DNA from: Bacillales bacterium
Lineage (GTDB): Bacteria > Bacillota > Bacilli > Bacillales > DASSOY01
Assembly: GCA_035776675.1 (NCBI GenBank)
Contig: DASTWO010000033.1
Span: 431-64,430 of the forward strand
Length of the DNA stretch: 64,000 nt
Direction: 5' to 3'
The position numbers were made by a program, and so were the translations under genes. Below are positions 52,245 to 60,643 of the stretch, one piece after another; positions within the stretch are counted from its first letter, which is position 1; the number at the start of each line of letters is the position of its first letter. The notes under the pieces are model-generated. The model had not been told where the DNA came from. It saw only the letters and a list, made by a program, of their open reading frames with translations, and did no database searches.

Positions 52245-53498
52245 TTGTCCAGGGTTATTCAAGTGGATGAACGTCCGCCGCTCGCTCAAAGCATTCCTTT
52301 AAGCTTGCAGCACTTGTTTGCAATGTTTGGTTCCACTGTCCTTGTCCCGCTCTTATTCCATGTGAATCCGGCTACCATTTTATTAATGAACGGGATTGGA
52401 ACGCTCATTTACCTCATTATTTGTAAAGGGAAAGTGCCCGCTTATCTCGGTTCGAGTTTTGCCTTCATTTCTCCGGTATTTGTGGTGTTGTCCGCAAGCG
52501 GTTATAATGCGGCACTGAGCGGTTTTATCGCGGTAGGTGTGATCTTCTGTATCATTGCTCTTATTATTCGTTACGCCGGCACCGGCTGGATTGGTGTTGT
52601 GTTTCCGTCTGCGGCAATGGGCGCTATCGTTGCTGTTATCGGCTTAGAGCTTGTTCCTACAGCGGCGGATATGGCAGGGATCTTGCCGTCTGAGGATTTC
52701 ACTCCGGCAAAGGTCTTTGTGTCAATGGCGACCTTGTTTATTACCATTATCGGGTCGGTTGCTTTCCGCGGCTTTCTCAAGATTATTCCGATCTTGACCG
52801 GTATTGTTTGCGGCTATGTTTTGGCGGCGATCATTGGGATGGTTGACTTTTCAGCCGTTGCGGAAGCACCTTGGTTTGCGGTTCCTAAATTTTACACACC
52901 TGAATTTAATTGGGCCGCAATTGTGGTGATCGCTCCGGCTGCGCTTGTTGTGATGGCCGAGCACATGGGACATTTGATTGTAACAGGAAATATAGTTGAT
53001 AAGGATTTGACGCGGGATCCGGGCTTGGGCCGATCCATGCTTGGAAACGGAGTTTCTACGATTCTTTCCGGTTTTCTTGGCTCGACTCCCAATACGACTT
53101 ATGGTGAAAACATCGGCGTTTTGGCGATTTCTAAGGTTTATTCCACCTTTGTCATCGGGGGTGCGGCTGTCATCGCGATTTTGTTATCATTTATCGGAAA
53201 GTTGGCGGCCTTGATTTCATCGATACCCGAGCCGGTGATGGGCGGTGTTTCCCTGCTGCTTTTCGGTGTTATTGCTGTTTCCGGGATTCGCATGCTCGTT
53301 GAATCGAAAGTGGATTACTCCAAACCGAGTAATATGATGTTGACCTCAGTTGTACTGGTCATTGGGATCAGCGGCGCGGCATTCAACATTGGATCATTTA
53401 CCTTAACGGGTATGGCGTTAGCCACAGTGATCGCGATTCTATTAAGTTTGTTTTTTGAACTGCTGAGGATTTTGAATTTGTATAGCGAGGATGACTAG
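52245..53498 (+). CDS. Uracil/xanthine permease (NCS2 family; PyrP/UraA-like)
   Basis: VDERPPLAQSIPLSLQHLFAMFGSTVLVPLLF, NTTYGENIGVLAISKV. TTG start after AAGGAGGAG (the track ORF starts at 52158). Confidence 0.88.
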   Translation: MSRVIQVDERPPLAQSIPLSLQHLFAMFGSTVLVPLLFHVNPATILLMNGIGTLIYLIICKGKVPAYLGSSFAFISPVFVVLSASGYNAALSGFIAVGVIFCIIALIIRYAGTGWIGVVFPSAAMGAIVAVIGLELVPTAADMAGILPSEDFTPAKVFVSMATLFITIIGSVAFRGFLKIIPILTGIVCGYVLAAIIGMVDFSAVAEAPWFAVPKFYTPEFNWAAIVVIAPAALVVMAEHMGHLIVTGNIVDKDLTRDPGLGRSMLGNGVSTILSGFLGSTPNTTYGENIGVLAISKVYSTFVIGGAAVIAILLSFIGKLAALISSIPEPVMGGVSLLLFGVIAVSGIRMLVESKVDYSKPSNMMLTSVVLVIGISGAAFNIGSFTLTGMALATVIAILLSLFFELLRILNLYSEDD

Positions 53499-53531
53499 AA
53501 CCGGGCCTGATTTTGTCCGGTTCTTTTTATT
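53499..53531 (+). terminator. Rho-independent terminator
   Basis: GAACCGG...CCGGTTC followed by TTTTTATT. Confidence 0.8.
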
Positions 53532-53602
53532 GATAAGTCTTTGCCGATGGTTGATCAAATCGAAACAACAAGAATTCAATTCTCGAATCCCAAGGACTAT
53601 GT

Positions 53603-53629
53603 AAAAAAAACCGAGACCCGGGGCCTCGG
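53603..53629 (-). terminator. Rho-independent terminator of the NlpC/P60 gene
   Basis: Minus strand CCGAGGCCCCGGGTCTCGG followed by TTTTTTTT. Confidence 0.8.
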
Positions 53630-53641
53630 CTTTCGGAGTTG

Positions 53642-54589
53642 CTATAATACTGTTTTCGCTCCTAAATAACGGCTGCTCCAGTAGTCGTAATCCATGTCCG
53701 TGATTGTGACTCCTGATGAGGAACCCGCTTCAATGAATTTACCATTCCCGAGATAGATGCCAACGTGAGAAGGCCCGTCCGTGTAGGTTTCGAAGAAAAC
53801 CAGATCACCACGTTCAGGAGCTCCCGCAGGATCGGCATAATCCCAGATGGCTGCGGTTGTTCGCGGCAAGTTTACTCCGTTTTTCTCGAAAACGTAATGA
53901 ATGAAACCACTGCAATCGAACCCGCTTGGCGAGTCACCGCCCCACACATAAGGAGTTCCGATTAACGCTTTCGCATCAGCAATGATGTCGGAAACAGCCC
54001 CGCCGCCACCAGAACCGGATTCTGCAGCAGCAACAACTTCACCGTCGTACAGTGCACCTAGCGTATGAGGGCCAGCGATTCCGTCTACAGCCAAATCATT
54101 CTCTGCCTGGAAAGAACGAACGGCGTCTTCAGTTATCGGCGCATAAACCCCGTCGACAGCGTATGTATAATACCCGAAATCTTGTAATTTGTTTTGTAAA
54201 CGGGTTACAGCTTGTCCACGATCTCCTGCTTGTAACAATTCCGAAGTACCATGATTCGTGCTCCGATTTGAGTGAAATAGAGATCCCAGAGTATTCGGCC
54301 CCGCGATTCCGTCAACCGCCAGTCCGTGTTCTCTTTGATAATTCCTGACCGAGCTTCTTGTGATCGGTCCATAAATGCCGTCAACTGAATAACTGTAGTA
54401 ATCAAGGCCTTTCAATCTGGATTGCAAAGATCTGACTGGTTGTCCTTGATCTCCGATTGTCAAAAGTTGATGCGTGTTAATAGTTGCTGTTGAGCCGGAT
54501 GCTTCCGAAACAAGCGGTACCGCAAGCATGAGCCCCGCAGCAAAGGTCCCCGCCGTGATGAACTTCTTAATCGTTTTTCCCGTTTCCAA
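53642..54589 (-). CDS. Secreted NlpC/P60 (C40) peptidoglycan endopeptidase with two PG_binding_1 domains
   Basis: N-terminal signal/TM segment. Two repeats of GDxGxxVxxLQxxLxxxGYYxYxVDGxYxPITxxxVRxxQxxxxLAVDGIAGPxTL. C-terminal YVWGGDSPSGFDCSGFIHYVF...SHVGIY. Confidence 0.9.
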   Translation of the reverse strand: METGKTIKKFITAGTFAAGLMLAVPLVSEASGSTATINTHQLLTIGDQGQPVRSLQSRLKGLDYYSYSVDGIYGPITRSSVRNYQREHGLAVDGIAGPNTLGSLFHSNRSTNHGTSELLQAGDRGQAVTRLQNKLQDFGYYTYAVDGVYAPITEDAVRSFQAENDLAVDGIAGPHTLGALYDGEVVAAAESGSGGGGAVSDIIADAKALIGTPYVWGGDSPSGFDCSGFIHYVFEKNGVNLPRTTAAIWDYADPAGAPERGDLVFFETYTDGPSHVGIYLGNGKFIEAGSSSGVTITDMDYDYWSSRYLGAKTVL

Positions 54590-55005
54590 CCTGTTTTCCT
54601 CCTCGTGAATGTTTTGATCCTGTTGAATATAGGAGATTCGTAGGATGATTTCTAAGTTAATGTCAATAATAAAGGACTAAAGTAACATGTTAATGTTAAT
54701 GGATTTACATGTTTATAACAGGCGGGATTTTTGTTGGAATGAAAGGAACATTAATCCAACGGCAATGGTAACGCTTACAAAACCTTTACGAAGAATTTAC
54801 ACCAAGAGAATTTTAAAATTCGACAGCTTTTGCTATGATGGGGAAGGTACAAAAAAGCATGGACCGGAGCAAGAGACTTGATGTCAGACGAGGAACATTC
54901 ATTGTAGAGCGCGGTTTTTGCCTCAAGGTTTTCTTTTGTCTGTTGTGTACAAGCCAGCTTGGTTTTCGGCTCTAATCCGAACTACTGATTACGGAGGTGC
55001 GAAGC

Positions 55006-55626
55006 GTGTTTTTTTCTCAGAAACAGGACGACTTTTTCAAAATGCTTTCCAATATCTCAGGGAATCTTACGGAAGGGTCCCAGTATTTTAAGGATTTCAA
55101 GATTCGCAACGAAAGTGACCTTAAAGAATTCTCGAAAGTGATGAAGGAATATGAAACCAAAGGGGACACGTACATTCACGAACTGATCGTGGCCTTGAAC
55201 AAAACGTTTATTACCCCGTTGGAGCGGGAAGACATTTTGGAACTGTCTGTGAAGATGGATGATATTCTTGACGGCATGGAAGCGTGCTCTTCGCGTTTCG
55301 AAATGTATAACATTACAGATCCGAACGAATACATGGTGAAATTTGTCGAACATGTCAATCAAGCGGTAGACGAGGTCAATGAGTCGGTAAGGCTGCTTGG
55401 CAAAAAGAAGCTTATGGATATTCGTCCGCATGCGATCAAAATTAACGATTACGAATCCACCTGTGATGAACTTCTTCGTGTGTCCATTAAAGATTTGTTT
55501 AGTAAGGAGAATAATCCTTTAATTGTCATTCAATATAAGGAAATGTACGAACTATTGGAAGGAATCTCGGATAGTTGCGAGGATGTTGCGAATACCCTTG
55601 AAACAATTATCATGAGGAATGCATAA
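55006..55626 (+). CDS. DUF47 (PhoU-like, YkaA/TIGR00153) family protein
   Basis: GTG start 8 nt after GGAGG. FFSQKQDDFFKMLSNIS...ETKGDTYIHELI...FITPLEREDILEL. Paired with the PiT transporter gene. Confidence 0.85.
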   Translation: MFFSQKQDDFFKMLSNISGNLTEGSQYFKDFKIRNESDLKEFSKVMKEYETKGDTYIHELIVALNKTFITPLEREDILELSVKMDDILDGMEACSSRFEMYNITDPNEYMVKFVEHVNQAVDEVNESVRLLGKKKLMDIRPHAIKINDYESTCDELLRVSIKDLFSKENNPLIVIQYKEMYELLEGISDSCEDVANTLETIIMRNA

Positions 55627-55637
55627 GGAGCGGTAGA

Positions 55638-56639
55638 ATGGATAGTGCACTTTTGATTGTGATCTTTATCGTTTTGCTTGCGTGGACCTTTGATTTCAGT
55701 AACGGGTTTCACGATACGGCCAATGCCGTTGCTACTGCCATTTCAACTGGCGCTTTGCGGCCGCGAATCGCGATTCTTCTGGCGGCTTCGATGAATTTTA
55801 TCGGAGCGCTCACCTTCACGGGGGTGGCGAAAACCATCACGGAAGGTATAGTTGATCCTTTCTCGTTGCAATACGGCATGTTTATCGTTCTAGCGGCTTT
55901 GATCGCCGCGATCTCCTGGAATCTCATCACCTGGTATTTCGGGATTCCAAGCAGTTCTTCCCATGCCATTATCGGATCAATCGCCGGAGCCGCTATTGCG
56001 GCCGGGGGAATCGCTGTTTTGAATTATGACGGCTTCTTGATTATTTTGGTGGCGTTGCTCGTTTCGCCTTTTCTTGTTTTCTTGACCGGATTTATCATCA
56101 TGGCCATCAATCGAGTGATCTTTAGAAATTTCCCGCTTTCGAAGACGAGCAAAGGATTCCGCATCTTCCAGATTTTCACGGCGGCCGCTCAGTCATTCGC
56201 CCACGGCACAAATGATGCACAGAAGGCAATGGGGATTATTACTTTGGCCCTGATCAGCGCCGGTTTTCATTCTACAACGGACATCCCGATGTGGGTCCGG
56301 ATTTCGGCTGCATTGGCAATGGGTCTAGGCACCTCTATCGGAGGTTGGAGAATCATCAAAACGGTCGGCGGCGGCATTATGAAAATCAGGCCGGTCAACG
56401 GAGCATCAGCGGATTTATCCTCGGCATTGGTGATTTTCGGTTTTACAAAGCTGGGGTTGCCTGTAAGTTCAACACACGTTATTGCTTCTTCGATCATGGG
56501 AGTCGGCGCTTCACAGCGACTTAAAGGCGTCAAATGGGGCGCGGCCCGACGGATTGTTCTCACATGGATTATTACATTGCCGATTACGGCGGTGCTCGCC
56601 GGATTGGTTTTCGAAGCCCTATATTTCTTATTCGGCTAA
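55638..56639 (+). CDS. Inorganic phosphate transporter, PiT family
   Basis: FDFSNGFHDTANAVATAISTGAL and FAHGTNDAQKAMGII (the duplicated GANDVAN-type PiT signatures). Confidence 0.92.
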   Translation: MDSALLIVIFIVLLAWTFDFSNGFHDTANAVATAISTGALRPRIAILLAASMNFIGALTFTGVAKTITEGIVDPFSLQYGMFIVLAALIAAISWNLITWYFGIPSSSSHAIIGSIAGAAIAAGGIAVLNYDGFLIILVALLVSPFLVFLTGFIIMAINRVIFRNFPLSKTSKGFRIFQIFTAAAQSFAHGTNDAQKAMGIITLALISAGFHSTTDIPMWVRISAALAMGLGTSIGGWRIIKTVGGGIMKIRPVNGASADLSSALVIFGFTKLGLPVSSTHVIASSIMGVGASQRLKGVKWGAARRIVLTWIITLPITAVLAGLVFEALYFLFG

Positions 56640-56646
56640 ATCGACT

Positions 56647-56680
56647 CCCCGTTGGGTTTTGTTTCCCTTCGGGGTTTTTT
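56647..56680 (+). terminator. Rho-independent terminator
   Basis: CCCCG...GGG...CCC...CGGGG followed by TTTTTTGTG. Confidence 0.7.
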
Positions 56681-56992
56681 GTGGGCAAAAAAAAACGATA
56701 CAGGTGGATTGCAGACGGCGGATTATGGTATTTTAACTTTAAGCAGGATTTATACTCTGCAATCAGTTAACCTTCCGGCGGATGCCCAGATTCTTCGAAA
56801 TGGAATATCAAGAAAATCAGATAAAATCTGGGAACCAATACGCAGAGCGTATTTAATAATCTGGAAATTTGTCAATCAAAGGCAGGAGATTAACGGACGA
56901 TGGGGAATACTTTCTTTAGGTTCCCTTCGTTTCACGACGCAGGTAACGAAGAAAGCAAGCAACGAACTAATAAGAAATCAGGGGGCATGAAC

Positions 56993-58240
56993 ATGAATCA
57001 GGAATTCTTTGTACGAAATCGGGAGAAATTAGCCGAGAAACTGGAGGATGAATCACTGACGATTATGTTTGCGGGGGAAGCGCCGCCGCGCTCGGCGGAT
57101 GAGGAATATCACTTTGTCCCAAACCGCAACTTCTATTACATAACCGGTATTGAGCGGCCGAAGATGGTGTTTGCCGCTAAGAAAATCGGTGGCAAAACGG
57201 AAGAAATGCTGTTTATTGAAGAAGGCGATCCGGTCATGGCCAAGTGGGTTGGCGCGAATATGACGAAAGAGGAAGCCAAAGAAGCCTCCGGCATTGATAA
57301 GATTTTCTACCTCGACAAGTTGACGAATCATGTCCACATGGCTTTGCAGGGGGAGGGCATTGAGAAGGTGAATCTCAATCTCGAATTGCAGAATTGGGAT
57401 GCTCCATTGACAGAAGCCCACCATTTCGCAAAGACTTTGCAGGAAAAGTACCCGCACGTTTCAATAGGGAACGTTTATGGCACGATCTGTCAACTGCGTC
57501 TTGTTAAATCGCCTGAGGAAGTGGAGAAGATCCGCAAAGCGATCAAGATTACCCGTGAAGGCATCGAGAACATCATGCAACATGCGGAACCTGGTAAAAT
57601 GGAATATGAACTTGAGGCGCATTTCAACTATACGCTGCAATCAAACGGCATTAAGGAGCACGCGTTTCCGACTATTGCCGCAACTGGAAAGAATGCTACC
57701 ATTCTTCACTATGGAGAAAATAACGCGAAAACGGAAGATGGAGACCTTGTCCTATTCGACTTGGGAGCCGCATACCAATATTACAGCGCTGATTTAACAC
57801 GTACCTTCCCGGTGAATGGGAAATTCAGCGACAGGCAGAAACAACTGTACAACATCGTCCTGAAAGCGTTGAAAGAAACAACTGAAATGATCAAACCCGG
57901 AGTTGAATTCTCCGAACTGAACAAGCATACGAAGAAAGTTCTAGCTGAAGGATGCATGAAGATCGGCTTGATTGAGAAAGAAGAAGATATCCAGAAATAT
58001 TACTATCATGGGGTTAGTCACTCTATGGGACTCGATACACATGATGTCGGCCGCTACAGAAATCTTTCCCTGGAACCGGGAATGGTGTTCACAGTCGAGC
58101 CGGGTCTCTATGTGGAAGAGGAAAATATCGGCATCCGAATTGAAGACGATGTTCTCGTAACGGAAGACGGTCATGAAAATCTTTCCGAAAAGATGATCCG
58201 GACAGTGGAAGATATCGAAGCTTATATGGCTTCCCGATAA
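56993..58240 (+). CDS. pepP: Xaa-Pro aminopeptidase (M24B; PepP-like)
   Basis: FVRNREKLAEKL..., FVPNRNFYYITG, LFDLGAAYQYYSADLTRTFPV, HGVSHSMGLDTHD, FTVEPGLY, IRIEDDVLVT (M24 metal ligands). The track ORF starts at 56900. Confidence 0.9.
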   Translation: MNQEFFVRNREKLAEKLEDESLTIMFAGEAPPRSADEEYHFVPNRNFYYITGIERPKMVFAAKKIGGKTEEMLFIEEGDPVMAKWVGANMTKEEAKEASGIDKIFYLDKLTNHVHMALQGEGIEKVNLNLELQNWDAPLTEAHHFAKTLQEKYPHVSIGNVYGTICQLRLVKSPEEVEKIRKAIKITREGIENIMQHAEPGKMEYELEAHFNYTLQSNGIKEHAFPTIAATGKNATILHYGENNAKTEDGDLVLFDLGAAYQYYSADLTRTFPVNGKFSDRQKQLYNIVLKALKETTEMIKPGVEFSELNKHTKKVLAEGCMKIGLIEKEEDIQKYYYHGVSHSMGLDTHDVGRYRNLSLEPGMVFTVEPGLYVEEENIGIRIEDDVLVTEDGHENLSEKMIRTVEDIEAYMASR

Positions 58241-58278
58241 AAAAATAATAGCCGTGAATTGGACGGTCTCGAGTCAAA

Positions 58279-58308
58279 TTGTGACCTGGTCCTAATATAT
58301 GATAAAAT
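58279..58308 (+). promoter_or_regulatory. Putative sigma-A promoter of plsY
   Basis: TTGTGA (58279-58284)-N18-TAAAAT (58303-58308), with TGA immediately upstream of the -10 (extended -10 type). Confidence 0.4.
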
Positions 58309-58348
58309 AATAGAATCTCAGATTTAGAATACCGGGGAGGGAATCCCG

Positions 58349-58930
58349 ATGTTTCCTGTCACAGAATGGCTTGTGATCGCCGCCGCTTATGGGATCGGTT
58401 GTTTGACAGCCGGTTATTATCTGGTTCGATTTCTGGCGAAAAAAGATATTCATGAGATTGGAAGCGGCAATGTGGGAGCGCGAAATGTCAGCAGGGTTCT
58501 TGGCTCTCCCGGGTTCATCGCCACCCTGGTGATCGACCTTCTCAAGGGAATGGCGGCAGTATGGATTGCACAGAGCTTCGGTGTGGGACCGTATTGGCTG
58601 ATTGCGGCCTACCTGGCTGTTATCGCCGGCCACATCTGGCCTGTGCAGCTCCGCTTCCGCGGCGGGAAAGGCATTGCTACGGCGATTGGCGTGATGCTGA
58701 TGCTCGGTCCGCTGACTATGGGGTTGGTCATTATACAATTCCTGTGCATCTATGTCGTTAACCGCAGTTTTACAATCAGCGGCCTTTTCGGCATAGCTGT
58801 TACGCCTTTCACGCTGCTTATCTTTGGCCAGCCTGTTGCTCACGTTGTCGGCATCGCGGCACTCGCCGTGCTTGTTTGCTACTCGCATCGGGAAAATCTT
58901 GCGGCAAGGCTTAAGAAGAATCCATCCTAG
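58349..58930 (+). CDS. plsY: Glycerol-3-phosphate acyltransferase PlsY (acyl-phosphate dependent)
   Basis: GSGNVGARNVSRVLG, DLLKG, RFRGGKGIATAIG. 193 aa and 5 TM helices. Confidence 0.92.
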   Translation: MFPVTEWLVIAAAYGIGCLTAGYYLVRFLAKKDIHEIGSGNVGARNVSRVLGSPGFIATLVIDLLKGMAAVWIAQSFGVGPYWLIAAYLAVIAGHIWPVQLRFRGGKGIATAIGVMLMLGPLTMGLVIIQFLCIYVVNRSFTISGLFGIAVTPFTLLIFGQPVAHVVGIAALAVLVCYSHRENLAARLKKNPS

Positions 58931-58949
58931 ACTGTAAAGGGGTGATATT

Positions 58950-60584
58950 ATGATCACGACCTCGTCCTTAACGTTCAAAATCGCCTCCGAACCGTCGGAA
59001 TTTGAACAAATCTATCAATTAAACTATAAAACCTTCGTCGGAGAGATCCCGCAACACGAAGAAAACGCCGAAAACCGGCTCATCGATCGTTTCCACGAAG
59101 AAAACACTTATATCATCTGCGCCGATGAAGAAAATATCATAGGCATGATTGCCGTTCGCGGAAGCCGTCCTTTTTCCCTTGATCAGAAATTGGACAATCT
59201 CGATTCCTATTTCCCGGAAGGCCGGTCGATTTGTGAGATTCGACTGCTTGCTGTTGAAAAGGAATACCGAAACGGCCGGGTATTTGTCGGATTAATCCGC
59301 AAGCTGATCCAGTATTGTGTGAATGAAGGATACGATATGGCGATCATTTCAGGTACGACACGGGAACAAAAGCTATACAAACATCTTGGTTTTGTCCCGT
59401 TCGGTCCTTTGGTCGGTACGGAAGAAGCTTCGTTTCAACCTATGTATCTGACTCGCGAGAAGTTTGACAGGAAAGAGGCCATGTTTCGACGCCTGGAAGC
59501 CTTTCCTGAGAGGGGAAATAAGGAAGTCGAGAAAAGAGAACGACATCCAGACCCTGTCAGTTTCTTGCCGGGACCGGTCAATCTTGGGGAAGAAGTACAG
59601 GAAGCTTTCAGCGGTAAGCCGGTTTCCCATCGGGCGCGCAGGTTCGTCGATGACTTCCAGGAAGTTAAGTGCCAGTTGTGCGAGATGACCAACGCGGCAC
59701 ACGCGGAAATTTTCCTTGGAACGGGAACGCTCGGAAATGATGTTGTCGCAGGCCAGCTTTCGTTGTTGAAACAACCCGGGCTAATTGCCACGAACGGTGA
59801 GTTCGGTGAACGTTTAGTCGATCATGCCGAAAGGTTCGGTCTGTCTTTCCGTTCTCTGAACTATGGTTGGGGAACTCCTTTTGATTATGAAGAAATTCGT
59901 GAAATGTTAAGGCGCCAGCCGGAAATTCAATGGCTCTGGGTAGTCCATTGCGAGACATCCACAGGGTTGTTAAACGATATGGATGCGTTGAAACGGATTT
60001 GCCGGGAAGAAGGCGTGAAGTTATGCCTTGACTGTTGCAGTTCGGTGGCGGTGGTTCCGGTTAATCTCGACGGTGTTTATCTGGCTTCCTCAGGGAGTGG
60101 GAAAGGCCTCGGATCATATGCAGGGTTGTCGATGGTCTTTTATCATCATGAAGTGGAGCCTGATGCCAAGTTGCCCCGCTATTTGGATCTTGGTTTATAC
60201 GCCTCGAAACAAGGGATTCCATTTACGCATTCTTCGAATCTGATTTATGCACTTCAAGCGGCATTACACCGCTTCAAAGATCATGCCGTTCTGGAAAGGC
60301 AGGAAGAGTTGGCGGCCTGGCTGCGGACAGAACTGCGACGTCGCGGATTTCATATTTTCGGTTCCGATACCGATACATCTCCTGGAATTGTCACTATCGC
60401 TCTTGAGCAATCAATGGATTCCGAAGAAGTCGGAGATGCTCTCGCGGAGGCCGGTTATTTACTCAGTTATCGGAGCGAATATTTATTAGACCGGAACTGG
60501 ATCCAAATTTCGCTGATGGGTGAACATTCTAGACGGCAATTGCGTCTACTACTTGACGAGTTAAGCAAGCTTTATGTAAGATAG
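58950..60584 (+). CDS. Fusion protein: N-terminal GNAT-like N-acyl amino acid synthase (FeeM/Acetyltransf_5-like) domain plus C-terminal class-V PLP aminotransferase-like domain
   Basis: N-terminal domain: FKIASEPSEFEQIYQLNYKTFVGEIPQH...CEIRLLAVEKEYRNG...LYKHLGFVPFG. C-terminal domain: FLPGPVNLGEEV..., VVHCETSTGLLND, LCLDCCSSVAVVP, SSGSGKGLGSYAGLS (candidate PLP lysine). Confidence 0.7.
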   Translation: MITTSSLTFKIASEPSEFEQIYQLNYKTFVGEIPQHEENAENRLIDRFHEENTYIICADEENIIGMIAVRGSRPFSLDQKLDNLDSYFPEGRSICEIRLLAVEKEYRNGRVFVGLIRKLIQYCVNEGYDMAIISGTTREQKLYKHLGFVPFGPLVGTEEASFQPMYLTREKFDRKEAMFRRLEAFPERGNKEVEKRERHPDPVSFLPGPVNLGEEVQEAFSGKPVSHRARRFVDDFQEVKCQLCEMTNAAHAEIFLGTGTLGNDVVAGQLSLLKQPGLIATNGEFGERLVDHAERFGLSFRSLNYGWGTPFDYEEIREMLRRQPEIQWLWVVHCETSTGLLNDMDALKRICREEGVKLCLDCCSSVAVVPVNLDGVYLASSGSGKGLGSYAGLSMVFYHHEVEPDAKLPRYLDLGLYASKQGIPFTHSSNLIYALQAALHRFKDHAVLERQEELAAWLRTELRRRGFHIFGSDTDTSPGIVTIALEQSMDSEEVGDALAEAGYLLSYRSEYLLDRNWIQISLMGEHSRRQLRLLLDELSKLYVR

Positions 60585-60643
60585 TTTTTTCCCGGACTTT
60601 AGACCATCATCTTGTCCGGGGAGGCATTCCAATTAACCTCAGG

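Noticed and set aside
56837-56853. AATACGC-AGA-GCGTATT as another ECF promoter of the island type.
   Set aside because: It is a palindrome ending in GCGTATT rather than GCGTATC. No CGT -10 lies at 15-17 nt and it is far from the island. It is reported only as part of a structured intergenic region.
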